A stretch of 64,000 nt of DNA from Candidatus Bathyarchaeota archaeon. Its GTDB lineage: Archaea > Thermoproteota > Bathyarchaeia > 40CM-2-53-6. A program made the translations under genes and the position numbers. This document shows positions 29,349 to 39,721 of this stretch, one piece after another (the first letter of the stretch is position 1; each line of letters starts with the position of its first letter). The notes below the pieces were generated by a model, which was given only the letters and a program-made list of their open reading frames with translations, did not search any database and was not told where the DNA came from. The stretch is from positions 1,152,001 to 1,216,000 of the forward strand of contig CAVTBR010000001.1 of the NCBI GenBank assembly GCA_963733055.1. The letters are read 5' to 3'.

Positions 29349-30332
29349 TCAGTAATTGGCGTGAATCTGCGGCTTAACCAATCTTTCGTAAACCGATTGA
29401 ATGCCCGTCATGGTTTTGCTATCTAAAGGTGGGAGTGTGCCGGCGCGGGCATTCTCCTCGATCTGTTCTATGTGTTTGGCTCCTGGGATTGCGCAAGTCA
29501 CGGCGTCGAACATCCAGATCCACCTTAGAGCCATTTGGGTCAGGTTCATGCCCGGCGGGACTAACCGTTTCAATTCTTCTACCGCCGCGACTCCTCTGTC
29601 GAGGTCAACTCCCGAGAAGGTTTCACCTCTGTCGAAAGATTCGCCGTGTACGTTGTAATTTCGATGGTCGTCGCTCGGAAACTTGGTTTCAGGTCTTATT
29701 TTTCCGGTGAGCAGGCCACTTGCGAGCGGGACACGGGCCAATATCCCAACTTTCCGTTCCTTTGCCTTCGGGAAGAATTCATCTATTGGCTTTAGGCGGA
29801 ACATGTTGAATATGATTTGGACACTTTGAACGTCTGGGTATTCGATTGACTTCAACGCTTCACTTACTTTCTCAACGCTTACCCCATAATTTCGGATTTT
29901 GCCTTTTGATTTCAGGTGGTCGAGAGCCTTGAAAACTTCAGGGCGGGAGTAAACTGGAGTGGGTGGACAGTGCAACTGCAATAGGTCGAGTGAGTCAACA
30001 TCTAGGTACTTTAGGCTGCGATCAACGAATGCCTCGAGATTTTTCAGGTTGTAACCTTCCGGAACGTGCGGGTCGAGGCGTTGTCCGGCTTTCGTGGCCA
30101 CGAAGATTTCTTCTTTGCGCTCTTTCAACAGTCGTCCAATTAGTTTCTCGCTACGGCCGTCACCATAAACGTCCGCCGTGTCGATAAAATTGACCCCTAG
30201 ATCGACTGCGCGATTCAGAACAGCGTTCGACTCCTTATCATCAACATGTCCCCAGTCGCTTCCTATTGGCCACGCCCCAAAACTCACTACTGACACTCGC
30301 ATGCCCGTGTGTCCCAACTCGCGGTACTCCAA
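29349..30332 (-). CDS. Aldo/keto reductase
   Basis: FIDTADVYGDGRSE, ATK, LLQLH, PLASGLLTGK and IPGA motifs. Confidence 0.9.
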   Translation of the reverse strand: MEYRELGHTGMRVSVVSFGAWPIGSDWGHVDDKESNAVLNRAVDLGVNFIDTADVYGDGRSEKLIGRLLKERKEEIFVATKAGQRLDPHVPEGYNLKNLEAFVDRSLKYLDVDSLDLLQLHCPPTPVYSRPEVFKALDHLKSKGKIRNYGVSVEKVSEALKSIEYPDVQSVQIIFNMFRLKPIDEFFPKAKERKVGILARVPLASGLLTGKIRPETKFPSDDHRNYNVHGESFDRGETFSGVDLDRGVAAVEELKRLVPPGMNLTQMALRWIWMFDAVTCAIPGAKHIEQIEENARAGTLPPLDSKTMTGIQSVYERLVKPQIHANY

Positions 30333-30414
30333 ATCAAACTCCGTCCAATTGTTTATTCAGATTACTAATGAAATTATGCATGTCGTGAGGCGAAGAGAAG
30401 CGGGCCTTTCCCTT

Positions 30415-31608
30415 TCATGGTTTGCCAAACTCATAGGCGAGTTTCGCCAGTGAAAGGGAGCCGTATTTCAGGACATCCTCGTCCACTTTGAATTTCGCGC
30501 TGTGATTTGTGTTCGTGCAACCCTTCCTCGGGTTGATGGTACCGAGAAAATAGAACGTTCCCGGCGCTTTCTGGAGGAACCGTGAGAAATCCTCAGCACC
30601 CATAATGGGCTTACAAACGATCGTTCTAGTTCCGCGGATTGTCTTCAGCAGACGCATGACTTTGTTTGTAACTGAAGGCTCATTGACAGTTACGGGGTAA
30701 TCGTCCTCCTTGAACGAAACCACAGCCTTAGCTTTGAAGGCCCTACTAACCGACTTAGCGACTGAGGTAACGTACTTTTTCGCTCGAACTCTAGTTTTCT
30801 CGTTGAACGTGCGAATTGTTCCTTCAAGTAAAGCTTCGTCAGGAATTATGTTATCCTTCGTCCCAGCATGTATGTTGCAGACTGAAATTACGAACGGTTC
30901 ACGTTGATCGATCATTCGGCTCGTTACTCCCTGCAGCGCCGTAATTACTTGCGCCGACACGAATATCGGGTCGACAGCATCGTGGGGTGAGGAACCGTGG
31001 CCGCCCTTCCCGATTATTCTGATTTTGAATGTATCGGGGGCAGCCATTATCGGACCGGGGCGTAAGGCGAATACATTGGAGGGCTCGGTACCGCTGATGT
31101 GTAACCCGAAAACATAATCGACCTTCGGGCTCTTCATCGCCCCGTCCTCTATCATCGGTTTAGCGCCTCCTCTTCCTCCCACCTCCTCCGCAGGTTGAAA
31201 GAGAAACTTCACTTGCCCATGCAGGTCATCGCGATGCTTTGAAAGTAACATCGCGGCCCCAAGCAGCATCGCGACATGTGTGTCATGACCGCAAGCATGC
31301 ATGACTCCATTCCGTTTGGACTTGAATGGCACATCCACGTCCTCGCTAACCGGTAGCGCGTCCATGTCGGCTCGAAGCGCAACCACATTACCTTCATGCG
31401 CACCCTTCAGAAGACCAACAACCCCCGTCCCGCCTACCCCGGTCTTCACGGCAATATGTGATGCCCGAAGTTTTTGCGCAACTAACTTAGCCGTTTCATA
31501 CTCCCGGTACGACAATTCGGGGTGTGCATGGATATGCCGCCGAATGTTGATGATTTCCTTCTCGATTTGAGTCACTTCGAACTTATCGAACATTTCTGGG
31601 CCAACCAA
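30415..31608 (-). CDS. M20D amidohydrolase/carboxypeptidase
   Basis: HPELSYRE, LRADMDAL, MHACGHD, FQPAEE and AEDFS motifs. Confidence 0.9.
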   Translation of the reverse strand: MVGPEMFDKFEVTQIEKEIINIRRHIHAHPELSYREYETAKLVAQKLRASHIAVKTGVGGTGVVGLLKGAHEGNVVALRADMDALPVSEDVDVPFKSKRNGVMHACGHDTHVAMLLGAAMLLSKHRDDLHGQVKFLFQPAEEVGGRGGAKPMIEDGAMKSPKVDYVFGLHISGTEPSNVFALRPGPIMAAPDTFKIRIIGKGGHGSSPHDAVDPIFVSAQVITALQGVTSRMIDQREPFVISVCNIHAGTKDNIIPDEALLEGTIRTFNEKTRVRAKKYVTSVAKSVSRAFKAKAVVSFKEDDYPVTVNEPSVTNKVMRLLKTIRGTRTIVCKPIMGAEDFSRFLQKAPGTFYFLGTINPRKGCTNTNHSAKFKVDEDVLKYGSLSLAKLAYEFGKP

Positions 31609-31681
31609 TCTTGCTAATCTAACTCGTCTCGCTTACCGAATACATAAAATGCTATCTGAAACCAAGAGAAGAATTGATTAA

Positions 31682-33067
31682 ATGCCCCAAAGAAAACTCT
31701 TCGGCACTTCGGGTATCCGGGGATCAGCGGATACTGATCTGACGCCTCAGTTTGTAAATATGCTCGGGCGGACATTTGCAGCATTTCTCAACAATCAAGG
31801 CACTGTCTTTGTCGGCCGGGATGTAAGGCTTCATTCTGAAAGGATCCAACGTGACCTGATGCTTGGTCTAAAGGAAGGGGGCATAGAAGTGGTGGATTGC
31901 GGACTTGTTCCCACGCCAGCCTTACTATGTGCGCTAAAGGAGTCGAAAGCTTCGGCGGGCGTGGTGGTGACTGGCAGCCATACTCCCGCCGACATTGGTG
32001 GAGTCTTGTTCTTCCTCTCGGACACTGGCGAGATGGGCCCTAACGAGGAAGGCATATTCGAAAAATTATACTGGTCAGAAACCGCAGGTTCTAGAGAGAG
32101 TGGTTCTCGCGGCTCTATTGCTTCGCTCGACATTCTTGACGACTATGTGCGACTAATTGAGAAACAGCTAGGAGATGTTGGTGGCTACAAGGTAGTCGTG
32201 GATTCGGGTAACGGCGCAACTTGCGCGACTCTGAGTCGTGTATTAGAGGGAATAGGGTGCAAGGTCACAACGATTAACGGGCGCCCTGACGGACGATTTC
32301 CAGCACGCTCACCAAACCCACAACCTTCCACTCTCACCCAACTCTCGAGGACGGTAAAGGAAGTCAAGGCCGATTTGGGGGTGGGAACTGATAGCGATGG
32401 CGATCGTGCCTTGTTCGCGACGGACAAGGGCCAGGTCTTATGGGCTGATCTAACCGGAGCCCTATTCGCGAAGGAACAGTTGCAGAAAAATCCTGGCGGA
32501 GTAGTCGTAAGCACCGTGAATACCTCGAACATCCTGAAAGTCCTATGCCTGAAATACGGAGGAAGTCTCAAGGTCACGAAGGTTGGGCCTCCGGCAATCG
32601 CTGAAGCGTTACGATCGACTCAGAATGCAATTTTCGCGACCGAGGAGTCTGGAAAGCACATTTGGCCGAACCTATTACTCTATGGCGACGCGGCGATGGC
32701 CTCGGGCAAACTCCTACAAATCATGAAAACCTACGGGTTGACACTAGGACAACTTCGGAATGGTCTCCCGAGGCTTCACCAGATGAAGACCGCGTTGCAA
32801 TGCCCAGATCAGTTGAAAAGCAAAGCGATGGAATTTGTCAACCTCTCTTGGAAAAGCAAATGGATGATGCGAACGTCAACAATTGACGGATTAAAAGTGG
32901 AGTACCCCGACTCATCATGGTTCTTGGTGAGAGCTTCTGGCACTGAACCATTGCTCAGATGCAATGCTGAAGCGAAAACCATCGAACGGGCGCGCGAACT
33001 CCTAGGGAGAGCAACTAAACTAGCACTTCATGCCATTAAGAGCGCAAAGGATTCGCAAGGACCTTGA
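31682..33067 (+). CDS. Alpha-D-phosphohexomutase family, probable phosphopentomutase
   Basis: FGTSGIRG, TGSHTP, DSDGDR, TEESG and RASGTEP motifs; overlaps deoC. Confidence 0.8.
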   Translation: MPQRKLFGTSGIRGSADTDLTPQFVNMLGRTFAAFLNNQGTVFVGRDVRLHSERIQRDLMLGLKEGGIEVVDCGLVPTPALLCALKESKASAGVVVTGSHTPADIGGVLFFLSDTGEMGPNEEGIFEKLYWSETAGSRESGSRGSIASLDILDDYVRLIEKQLGDVGGYKVVVDSGNGATCATLSRVLEGIGCKVTTINGRPDGRFPARSPNPQPSTLTQLSRTVKEVKADLGVGTDSDGDRALFATDKGQVLWADLTGALFAKEQLQKNPGGVVVSTVNTSNILKVLCLKYGGSLKVTKVGPPAIAEALRSTQNAIFATEESGKHIWPNLLLYGDAAMASGKLLQIMKTYGLTLGQLRNGLPRLHQMKTALQCPDQLKSKAMEFVNLSWKSKWMMRTSTIDGLKVEYPDSSWFLVRASGTEPLLRCNAEAKTIERARELLGRATKLALHAIKSAKDSQGP

Positions 33068-33738
33068 TATCTCGAACGAAGCTAGCAGGCATGATAGATC
33101 ACTCGGTGTTACGCCCCGACTCAACCGAAGAGGACGTTAAGAATGGGTGCGAATTGGCCGTTAACCTCGGATTGGCCGCTGTTGTTGTCAACCCCGCACA
33201 CGTGCCGATAGTAGCAACCAGTCTCAAAGGTTCAAATGTGAAGACCTGTAGCGTTGTCGCATTCCCTTTCGGCCTCTCGACGAAGGAAGTGAAACTCGAA
33301 GAGGCAAGGAATGTTCTAACCCTTGGAGCGGAAGAGATCGATATGGTCATGAACTTCAACGCCCTTCACTCACGTCGCGAGGATTATGTTTTGAGTGAGA
33401 TAAAGAGCGTCGTAGAGTTAGCAAGGGCTCAAAAAAAGAGAGTAGTCGTGAAGGTCATTCTTGAAACATGTTACCTGAATGATGTGGAAAAGAAGAGCGC
33501 GTGCCTAGTGGCAGTTGATGCGGGTGCTGATTTCGTGAAGACCTCCACCGGATTCGGTTCGGCCGGAGCCACCGTTAACGATGTTCGATTGATGAGGGAG
33601 GCTGTTGGTCTCACGTTGGGTGTGAAAGCCGCGGGTGGCATAAGGACAACGGAACAAGCGCTGGAGATGGTGAACGCGGGAGCTACCAGGATCGGTACTA
33701 GTTCAAGCGTCTCCATTCTTGAAAGAATGCCCCATTAA
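33064..33738 (+). CDS. deoC: Deoxyribose-phosphate aldolase
   Basis: IDHSVL, FPFG, EIDMV, KVILET, FVKTSTGF, KAAGGIR and RIGTS motifs. Confidence 0.95.
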   Translation: MISRTKLAGMIDHSVLRPDSTEEDVKNGCELAVNLGLAAVVVNPAHVPIVATSLKGSNVKTCSVVAFPFGLSTKEVKLEEARNVLTLGAEEIDMVMNFNALHSRREDYVLSEIKSVVELARAQKKRVVVKVILETCYLNDVEKKSACLVAVDAGADFVKTSTGFGSAGATVNDVRLMREAVGLTLGVKAAGGIRTTEQALEMVNAGATRIGTSSSVSILERMPH

Positions 33739-33804
33739 CCTAGCCCTTGCCGGGACGTAATACTTGCAAAATGTTAAATCCGCTTCAGACCGACATTTTA
33801 GATC

Positions 33805-35358
33805 ATGTCAAGGCCAAAGGTTTTCGTTAGGGAGGCTACGGGTCTCGTCAAGAGCGTTAGCCCGTGGACACTCTTCTTCGCTATGCTTGGCGAGATAGGA
33901 TTCGGAACCGGGCTTCTGCTCATTAACATCGCAAACTCCTTCTTCTCGGATGGGAATCCGGGAGGGAACGCGGTTGATGCTACTCTGCTTTTGATGTTTT
34001 TCGTCATCTTCGAGTCTTTCATCTTCTACCATATCGTTCGTTCAGTTGGACGAACGGGTGGAGATTACGTATGGATGAGCAGGAACATCGGGCCCGTGTT
34101 GGGAGGCGCACTCGTCCTCGGCTTCGTATTCACCGGCCTACCGTTCTTGGCGGTATCAGCAAACTGGTTTGTCACACTTTCACTCGCACCGAGCTTATCC
34201 ACAATCGCCGCCGTAACTGGAAACACAGGCTTAACCTCCTTCTCAGCCATGATGACGACGCCAACGGCGTTGATAGCCTTAGGATTGTTCTTGATCGCGG
34301 CGGTGACAGCGGTTGACATAGTATCACCCCGATCGGGCTTCCACCTGCTGGCCCTGCTAACGATAATTCCCCTCATAGGGACCCTCATTATGGCAGGTGT
34401 CTTCTTGAGCCTCGGCCCAACCGGTATTCAGAGCGCCGTCTCAAACTTCCTGTCCCAAAACGGCAGTTCGTACGCCCAGATAGCATCTAATTACACAGGT
34501 CCCGGCGCGTCACTTTCGGGAGTTCTGCTGCTACTTCCCTGGCTGTTCTTCACATTGCCATGGGTAAACAACGCGGCAGCGTTCTCAGGGGAAATCAAGA
34601 ATCTAAAGAAGTCAGCGTGGGTGGGCACGATCCTCCCCGGCGTCTTCAGTGGGGTTTTGCTGGCTGGCTTCGTGGCGTTGTTCAATTGGGGTTTGGGTTT
34701 CAACTTCGCAATGCAAGCACCAATCTCCTGGCCCGGATCGCTATATGGCATGGGCGTCGTCCCGAACATGCTCACAATTGCCACGATTGCAATTCGCGAC
34801 AATGTAGCCTTGATGTGGGTGATGAATCTAACATTCGCCGTCTGGTACTTGGCTTCACTTCAACAAACGATTCTTTCTGTCTCCCGCTATATCCTCGGAA
34901 TGAGTTTCGACAGACTCATTCCCGTTCAATTGGCCCACGTCAGTGACAGATTTCACTCTCCAACCGCCGCCCTGCTACTAAGTTTCATAGTTGCGATACC
35001 GATGGTTTTCATCGCCGACTTAACGAACTGGACATCCCTCTACACAACCACCGCACTTGGAAGCGTGTTCTTCGCATTCATCGGAATAACGGCCATTATC
35101 TATGGATGGAAGAGGAAGAAGGAATTGGGAGGCACCGGTCCGGCCCTCATAGTGTCCGGCTTACTAGTCGCCCCATTCTTCCTATACGTAACATACCAGC
35201 TGCTCGCTCTCCCGTTCTACGGAATCAACTATGTCTCATGGGCAATCATGCTCTTCTTCTGGATACTCGGCGCACTGCTCTACCCCATCGGAAAATGGTA
35301 CTACGGAAAGAAAGGGCTGGACATGAGTCTAGTCTTCAAAGAACTTCCACCTGAATAA
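33805..35358 (+). CDS. APC-family permease
   Basis: FVREATGLVK, RTGGDYVW, SGEIKN, SFDRLIP motifs and C-terminal ELPPE; TTAAAT box about 30 nt upstream. Confidence 0.87.
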   Translation: MSRPKVFVREATGLVKSVSPWTLFFAMLGEIGFGTGLLLINIANSFFSDGNPGGNAVDATLLLMFFVIFESFIFYHIVRSVGRTGGDYVWMSRNIGPVLGGALVLGFVFTGLPFLAVSANWFVTLSLAPSLSTIAAVTGNTGLTSFSAMMTTPTALIALGLFLIAAVTAVDIVSPRSGFHLLALLTIIPLIGTLIMAGVFLSLGPTGIQSAVSNFLSQNGSSYAQIASNYTGPGASLSGVLLLLPWLFFTLPWVNNAAAFSGEIKNLKKSAWVGTILPGVFSGVLLAGFVALFNWGLGFNFAMQAPISWPGSLYGMGVVPNMLTIATIAIRDNVALMWVMNLTFAVWYLASLQQTILSVSRYILGMSFDRLIPVQLAHVSDRFHSPTAALLLSFIVAIPMVFIADLTNWTSLYTTTALGSVFFAFIGITAIIYGWKRKKELGGTGPALIVSGLLVAPFFLYVTYQLLALPFYGINYVSWAIMLFFWILGALLYPIGKWYYGKKGLDMSLVFKELPPE

Positions 35359-35436
35359 CCAAATCAGTCAAATCGGTCCAAGACATCAGATAGCGCGAAA
35401 ACACCCGCGTTGGTCCGCCCTCAAACCTTGACTCGC

Positions 35437-36207
35437 TCAGACCTCCCTCCACCTTGCCTTGGTTCCTGCAACAACGAACAGAGATATAGTAACGGCAATC
35501 AAAATTGCCCAGGCTAGAACGATCGACGTAGACGTTAGAGGAAGATATCCGCCCGCATTCTGGGCAAGCTCCGCGGCGTAAGTTGTCGGGGAAAGATATG
35601 CTATGTATCTGTAAGGGAGTGGAATGAAGGTAATCGGATAATAGACGGGTGGGATCGTCGAGAAGAGCGTTGAAATCAACCTCGAGAAGGCGAAGCTTTG
35701 AACGATATCCGTGCTGAATGTTGAAAGAGTAAACCCGATCGCGATAGAAGTCAAGAACATCAATACAAGCACGCCAATAAACGTCAAGAGCCCGAAAACG
35801 TTCAAACTCATGAAGTAATACGCGAGAACTCCAAGGACCACGAGGGCTGGGAGAGAATAGACGAGTTCTGAGATCGCCATCCCGAACATGTAGGCTTGCC
35901 AAGTGGTTGGGGAGCTAACGACCATATCTTGAAGTTTGAAATCATTCTTCAAGTGGGAGAGGTCACCTTGAAGCCCGATGCCGGCGGAAAACATGCTCAT
36001 TATGAATCCTCCCTGAATCGCCTCGCCAAGCAATGACCCGTGACTTACGAAAACGATCACTAATAGAAACGAGAGAGGAGAAAGAACCGTGTTGATGAGA
36101 ACTACAGGAAAATTCTGCATTTCATAAATAGAATTGACGAGGATACTGGCGAGAATCTGACTGGAAACGCTCCTCCGCAACGACTGGCGGCTTGCTGAAT
36201 TATTCAT
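35437..36207 (-). CDS. ABC-2 type exporter permease
   Basis: About 6 TM segments; PPVYYPITFIP...LSPTTY motif; probable ATG 36207 overlapping the ATPase stop. Confidence 0.85.
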   Translation of the reverse strand: MNNSASRQSLRRSVSSQILASILVNSIYEMQNFPVVLINTVLSPLSFLLVIVFVSHGSLLGEAIQGGFIMSMFSAGIGLQGDLSHLKNDFKLQDMVVSSPTTWQAYMFGMAISELVYSLPALVVLGVLAYYFMSLNVFGLLTFIGVLVLMFLTSIAIGFTLSTFSTDIVQSFAFSRLISTLFSTIPPVYYPITFIPLPYRYIAYLSPTTYAAELAQNAGGYLPLTSTSIVLAWAILIAVTISLFVVAGTKARWREV

Positions 36208-37120
36208 CTGCTTTCCGCCTTGCAAGGTAGAAGAATATGTCATCGAGGGAAATCGGGTTAACCGCAAACTTGAGGCCTTGCTTGACAAGTTCTCTAGAAA
36301 TCCGGTACGCCTCGTCTTCTGTTGTCAGGATCATAACGTGGCCGTTCTGCCCGGTAATGGTCTCACCCGTTTCGGGCGCGGGGATGCCTTTCATGGACCC
36401 TGACAGAATCCTCAGGCTGTAGTTGTAACGAACACTATCCCGCAGCTCCTTCATTGTCCCCATTCGAATTAGCTTGCCTTGGTCCAGGATTCCGATTCTA
36501 TCTCCCAGCTCTTCAGCCTCCTCAAGGTAGTGGGTCGTGAGGAATGTGAACCGTTCTTTTCCTATCTCTCTGAGTGTTACCCAGAACTCTCTTCGCGAAA
36601 TTGGGTCCAGGCCTGTAGTTGGTTCGTCCAAGAAAATTACTTCAGCTTCCGATGAAAGAACAGTAGCAACCATTACCTTCCTCCTCATGCCACCGGATAA
36701 CTTTCGATTCAAGTCATTGCAAGACTTCGACAGATCAAGCCTCTCAAGCGCTAGCAGAGCTCTTCGTTTTGCCTCGGAGTAACCGAACCCTCTCCAGAGA
36801 AGATACGCCCTAACCGTTTGCAGAGGTGTCATCCAGGGTATGGGCCTGGCTTCTTGGGGTACGATCGCAATTTTTTCTCGGAGTTTACGTGCCTCACTCA
36901 TGACGTCGATTCCGTTTATCGATGCGTTTCCAGAGGTTGGTTCAAGTTCAGTCGCCAATATTCGCACGAGAGTCGTCTTACCCGATCCGTTCCTACCGAT
37001 AATGACGAATATCCCGCGGGAGCTCAGGGAAAGGCTCAAGGCGTCAAGTGCTTTGGTTTCGCTCTTTCCATAGACCTTGGTCAAGTGATCGCAGACAACG
37101 GTCTGAAAACGTTCCTCCAT
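36200..37120 (-). CDS. ABC exporter ATPase
   Basis: GRNGSGKT, LSGGMRR, LDEPTTGLD and TTHYLEE motifs. Confidence 0.92.
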   Translation of the reverse strand: MEERFQTVVCDHLTKVYGKSETKALDALSLSLSSRGIFVIIGRNGSGKTTLVRILATELEPTSGNASINGIDVMSEARKLREKIAIVPQEARPIPWMTPLQTVRAYLLWRGFGYSEAKRRALLALERLDLSKSCNDLNRKLSGGMRRKVMVATVLSSEAEVIFLDEPTTGLDPISRREFWVTLREIGKERFTFLTTHYLEEAEELGDRIGILDQGKLIRMGTMKELRDSVRYNYSLRILSGSMKGIPAPETGETITGQNGHVMILTTEDEAYRISRELVKQGLKFAVNPISLDDIFFYLARRKADE

Positions 37121-37245
37121 TCTTCCACAGAATGCCTCCCGTGAAATCGTCGATAAATAGTCTGTTGATTCGCGCCCGCCCGCCTAAACGGAAAACTATC
37201 CGCAAGGTTATCTACTCTCCTCAGGCTGGCTATGTTCGAAATGCA

Positions 37246-38625
37246 ATGGATCCAATCTTGCTGAAGGAGCTTGAGTCGATCGTTGGGGAAGACCAGATTG
37301 TTACTAAGAGGGAGAGTATGCTCAACTATCTCTCAGACGAGAGCCCAGCAGTCATGGAACCTAAACCCGCAAGCGACGTTGTCATCGTGAAACCTAAGAA
37401 CGCAAACGAGGTAGCAGCCGTTGTAAAGTTCGCTAACGAGCACAGGGTTCCAATATTCCCGCGCGGCGGCGGTACGGGTCTCGTCGGAGGGGCTGTGCCG
37501 ACAAGAAATGGGATAGTGTTATCGCTTGAACGATTAAACCAGATTCAGATTGACAAAGAGAACTTGATGGCCGATGTTGGAGCGGGTGTCACGCTTGGAA
37601 AGTTGATTGAAATGTCGGGAAGAGAGGGGCTATCCTTTCCCCCACATCCTGGAGACGAAAACGCGCAGGTCGGCGGACTCGTGGCTACAAACGCGGGTGG
37701 ATCAAGAGCGGTTAAACACGGGGTCATGCGGAATCATGTCAGAGCTCTCGAGTTCATCCTCCCAAATGGTGAAGTGCTCCATCTTGGGGCGAAGGTGCAC
37801 AAGAATAACGTTGGTTACGATCTTATGCAACTCATTATTGGAAGCGAAGGGACTCTTGGAATCGTAACGAATGCGACGATCCAACTTTACGGCAAAGAAG
37901 GCGCCTCAATCACCCTAGTAGTTCCTTTTGCCGATCGCCACGCCGCGATAGCCACCGTTCCGAACATTCTCAAACAAGGCGTGGTCCCATTGGCTATTGA
38001 GTATGTTGAAAGAGATCTAATGGAACGAACAGCGAAACATATCGGGAAGATTTGGCCCGTCACGACCGGCAAGTACTATCTACTGATTATCGTCGGCGAG
38101 GATACTAGGGATGAATTGCTCGCCAAGAGTTTGAGGATATCCGAGATTTGCAAAGCGAACACCCCTTTCGAAATTTTCGCCGCCGAATCGGCGGCCGATC
38201 AAGAAAACATTCTAACGATCAGAAGCAATCTCTACACCGTGCTCAAACCCGACGTTCTCGACATTTTGGATATCGTAGTACCAATTTCTAAGATAGAACA
38301 GATCGTAAAAACCGTCGAGGACATCTCAACGGACACGGGGGTTCCTTTACCAGTCTACGGTCACGCGGGCGATGGCAATCTGCATGTTCACATAATGCGA
38401 AAGCCGGGTGGACAAGTTCAGAATGTAAGCGAATTGACGGACAAGATCTACAAAGCCACTATGGTTCTTGGCGGAGTCATAACTGGCGAACACGGTATCG
38501 GCAAGACCAGAACGGAGAAGATCGAGCATTATCTGGACAGAGGGGAGATAGAATTGATGAAGAACCTGAAGCGGCTCTTCGACCCTAACAACATCATGAA
38601 CCCAGGAACAAAAGTGACTGTCTGA
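37246..38625 (+). CDS. FAD-linked oxidase, GlcD/D-lactate dehydrogenase family
   Basis: RGGGTGLVGG, NAGG, GSEGTLG, GHAGDGNLH and GEHGIG motifs; probable start ATG 37246. Confidence 0.88.
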   Translation: MDPILLKELESIVGEDQIVTKRESMLNYLSDESPAVMEPKPASDVVIVKPKNANEVAAVVKFANEHRVPIFPRGGGTGLVGGAVPTRNGIVLSLERLNQIQIDKENLMADVGAGVTLGKLIEMSGREGLSFPPHPGDENAQVGGLVATNAGGSRAVKHGVMRNHVRALEFILPNGEVLHLGAKVHKNNVGYDLMQLIIGSEGTLGIVTNATIQLYGKEGASITLVVPFADRHAAIATVPNILKQGVVPLAIEYVERDLMERTAKHIGKIWPVTTGKYYLLIIVGEDTRDELLAKSLRISEICKANTPFEIFAAESAADQENILTIRSNLYTVLKPDVLDILDIVVPISKIEQIVKTVEDISTDTGVPLPVYGHAGDGNLHVHIMRKPGGQVQNVSELTDKIYKATMVLGGVITGEHGIGKTRTEKIEHYLDRGEIELMKNLKRLFDPNNIMNPGTKVTV

Positions 38626-38730
38626 GTACCCAGTCGAATTAGTTTGACTCGTTCGTTATGCTCCTGAACGGAGCAAGCACCGTTCTAAGATGAGCCTGAT
38701 AACTGCGAATAGCCTAAGTCTAGATTCCTG

Positions 38731-38946
38731 TTAGAGTCCGCCTAGCGCCGTACCGCATCTTCCGCAGAACCGTGCAACCGGTGAGTTTCTGAAATAGCAT
38801 TGAGGACAAACTCCCGTCGGTCCTGGGCCGGGTTGAGCGAGAGGCGTACCACAGCGCGGACAGAACCTGAGGCCAACTGGGTTGGTCGTGCCGCAGACGA
38901 CGCAATATCCATAACGATACGATTGCAGCTTCGAAACCTCAACCAC
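38731..38946 (-). CDS. Small double zinc-ribbon protein
   Basis: Four CxxC pairs: CVVC..N...FCPRCG and CPQC..N...FCGRCG. Confidence 0.75.
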   Translation of the reverse strand: MVEVSKLQSYRYGYCVVCGTTNPVGLRFCPRCGTPLAQPGPGPTGVCPQCYFRNSPVARFCGRCGTALGGL

Positions 38947-38974
38947 ATCGAGTGTATCTATTGATTAAAAACGT

Positions 38975-39721
38975 TTGCCACATTTCTTCATCCCAAGGCT
39001 TTTCAGTCCCATGGAAAACCATCACGCGGCGAAGAATACGACGAGAACCTTGACTCGCCCGAGGGCCATCCTCTCTTGGTCGTCCGGCAAGGATAGTGCA
39101 ATGGCCCTCCATCGCACATTGGCCGCCAAAGAACTTGAAGTGGTCTGCTTGCTTACCACGGTTAGTGATGCATTCCATCGCGTGTCGATGCACGGAGTTA
39201 GAGAAGAACTACTCGAGGTGCAGGCTAAATCAGTGGGTATTCAATTGCAGAAAGTGATTATCCCATACCCATGCCCCAACGTCGTGTATGAAGAGAAGAT
39301 GCGTGAAGTTCTCTCGCTCTGGAAAGGGAAAGGCGTTACGCAAGTCATATTCGGCGATCTGTTTCTGGAAGATATCCGCAAGTACCGCGAGGAAAAAATC
39401 GCCCAGATTAATCTGACACCCATTTTCCCAGTTTGGGGAAAAGATACGGCGAACCTGGCTAGAGAAATGTTGGACACTGGCTTTCGAGCCATTATCTGCT
39501 GCGTTGACCCAAAAAAGCTTGATCCGCAGTTCGCCGGACGTGAATTCGACTCCTCCCTTCTGAAGGACTTGCCTGAAAACGTCGACCCGTGCGGTGAGAA
39601 TGGTGAATTTCACACGTTCGTATATGATGGACCAATCTTCAAGAAACCCATCCCAGTTCAAGTTGGTGAGCGAGTGATGCGAGACGGATTCCAGTTTGCG
39701 GACATAACCGCCAGGGCCTAG
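38975..39721 (+). CDS. PP-loop ATPase, diphthamide synthase/DUF71 (MJ0570-related) family
   Basis: SWSSGKDS, RVSMHGV, FGDLFLED and DPCGENGEFHT motifs; true start probably slightly downstream. Confidence 0.85.
   Translation: MPHFFIPRLFSPMENHHAAKNTTRTLTRPRAILSWSSGKDSAMALHRTLAAKELEVVCLLTTVSDAFHRVSMHGVREELLEVQAKSVGIQLQKVIIPYPCPNVVYEEKMREVLSLWKGKGVTQVIFGDLFLEDIRKYREEKIAQINLTPIFPVWGKDTANLAREMLDTGFRAIICCVDPKKLDPQFAGREFDSSLLKDLPENVDPCGENGEFHTFVYDGPIFKKPIPVQVGERVMRDGFQFADITARA

Noticed and set aside
35336-35902. 188-aa alternative-frame ORF
   Set aside because: Overlaps the well-supported ABC-2 permease on the same strand and has no motifs.
38975-39721. Call as true diphthine-ammonia ligase (dph6)
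   Set aside because: SWSSGKDS/RVSMHGV/DPCGENGEFHT fits the widespread bacterial-like DUF71 subfamily; the specific function is not supportable.
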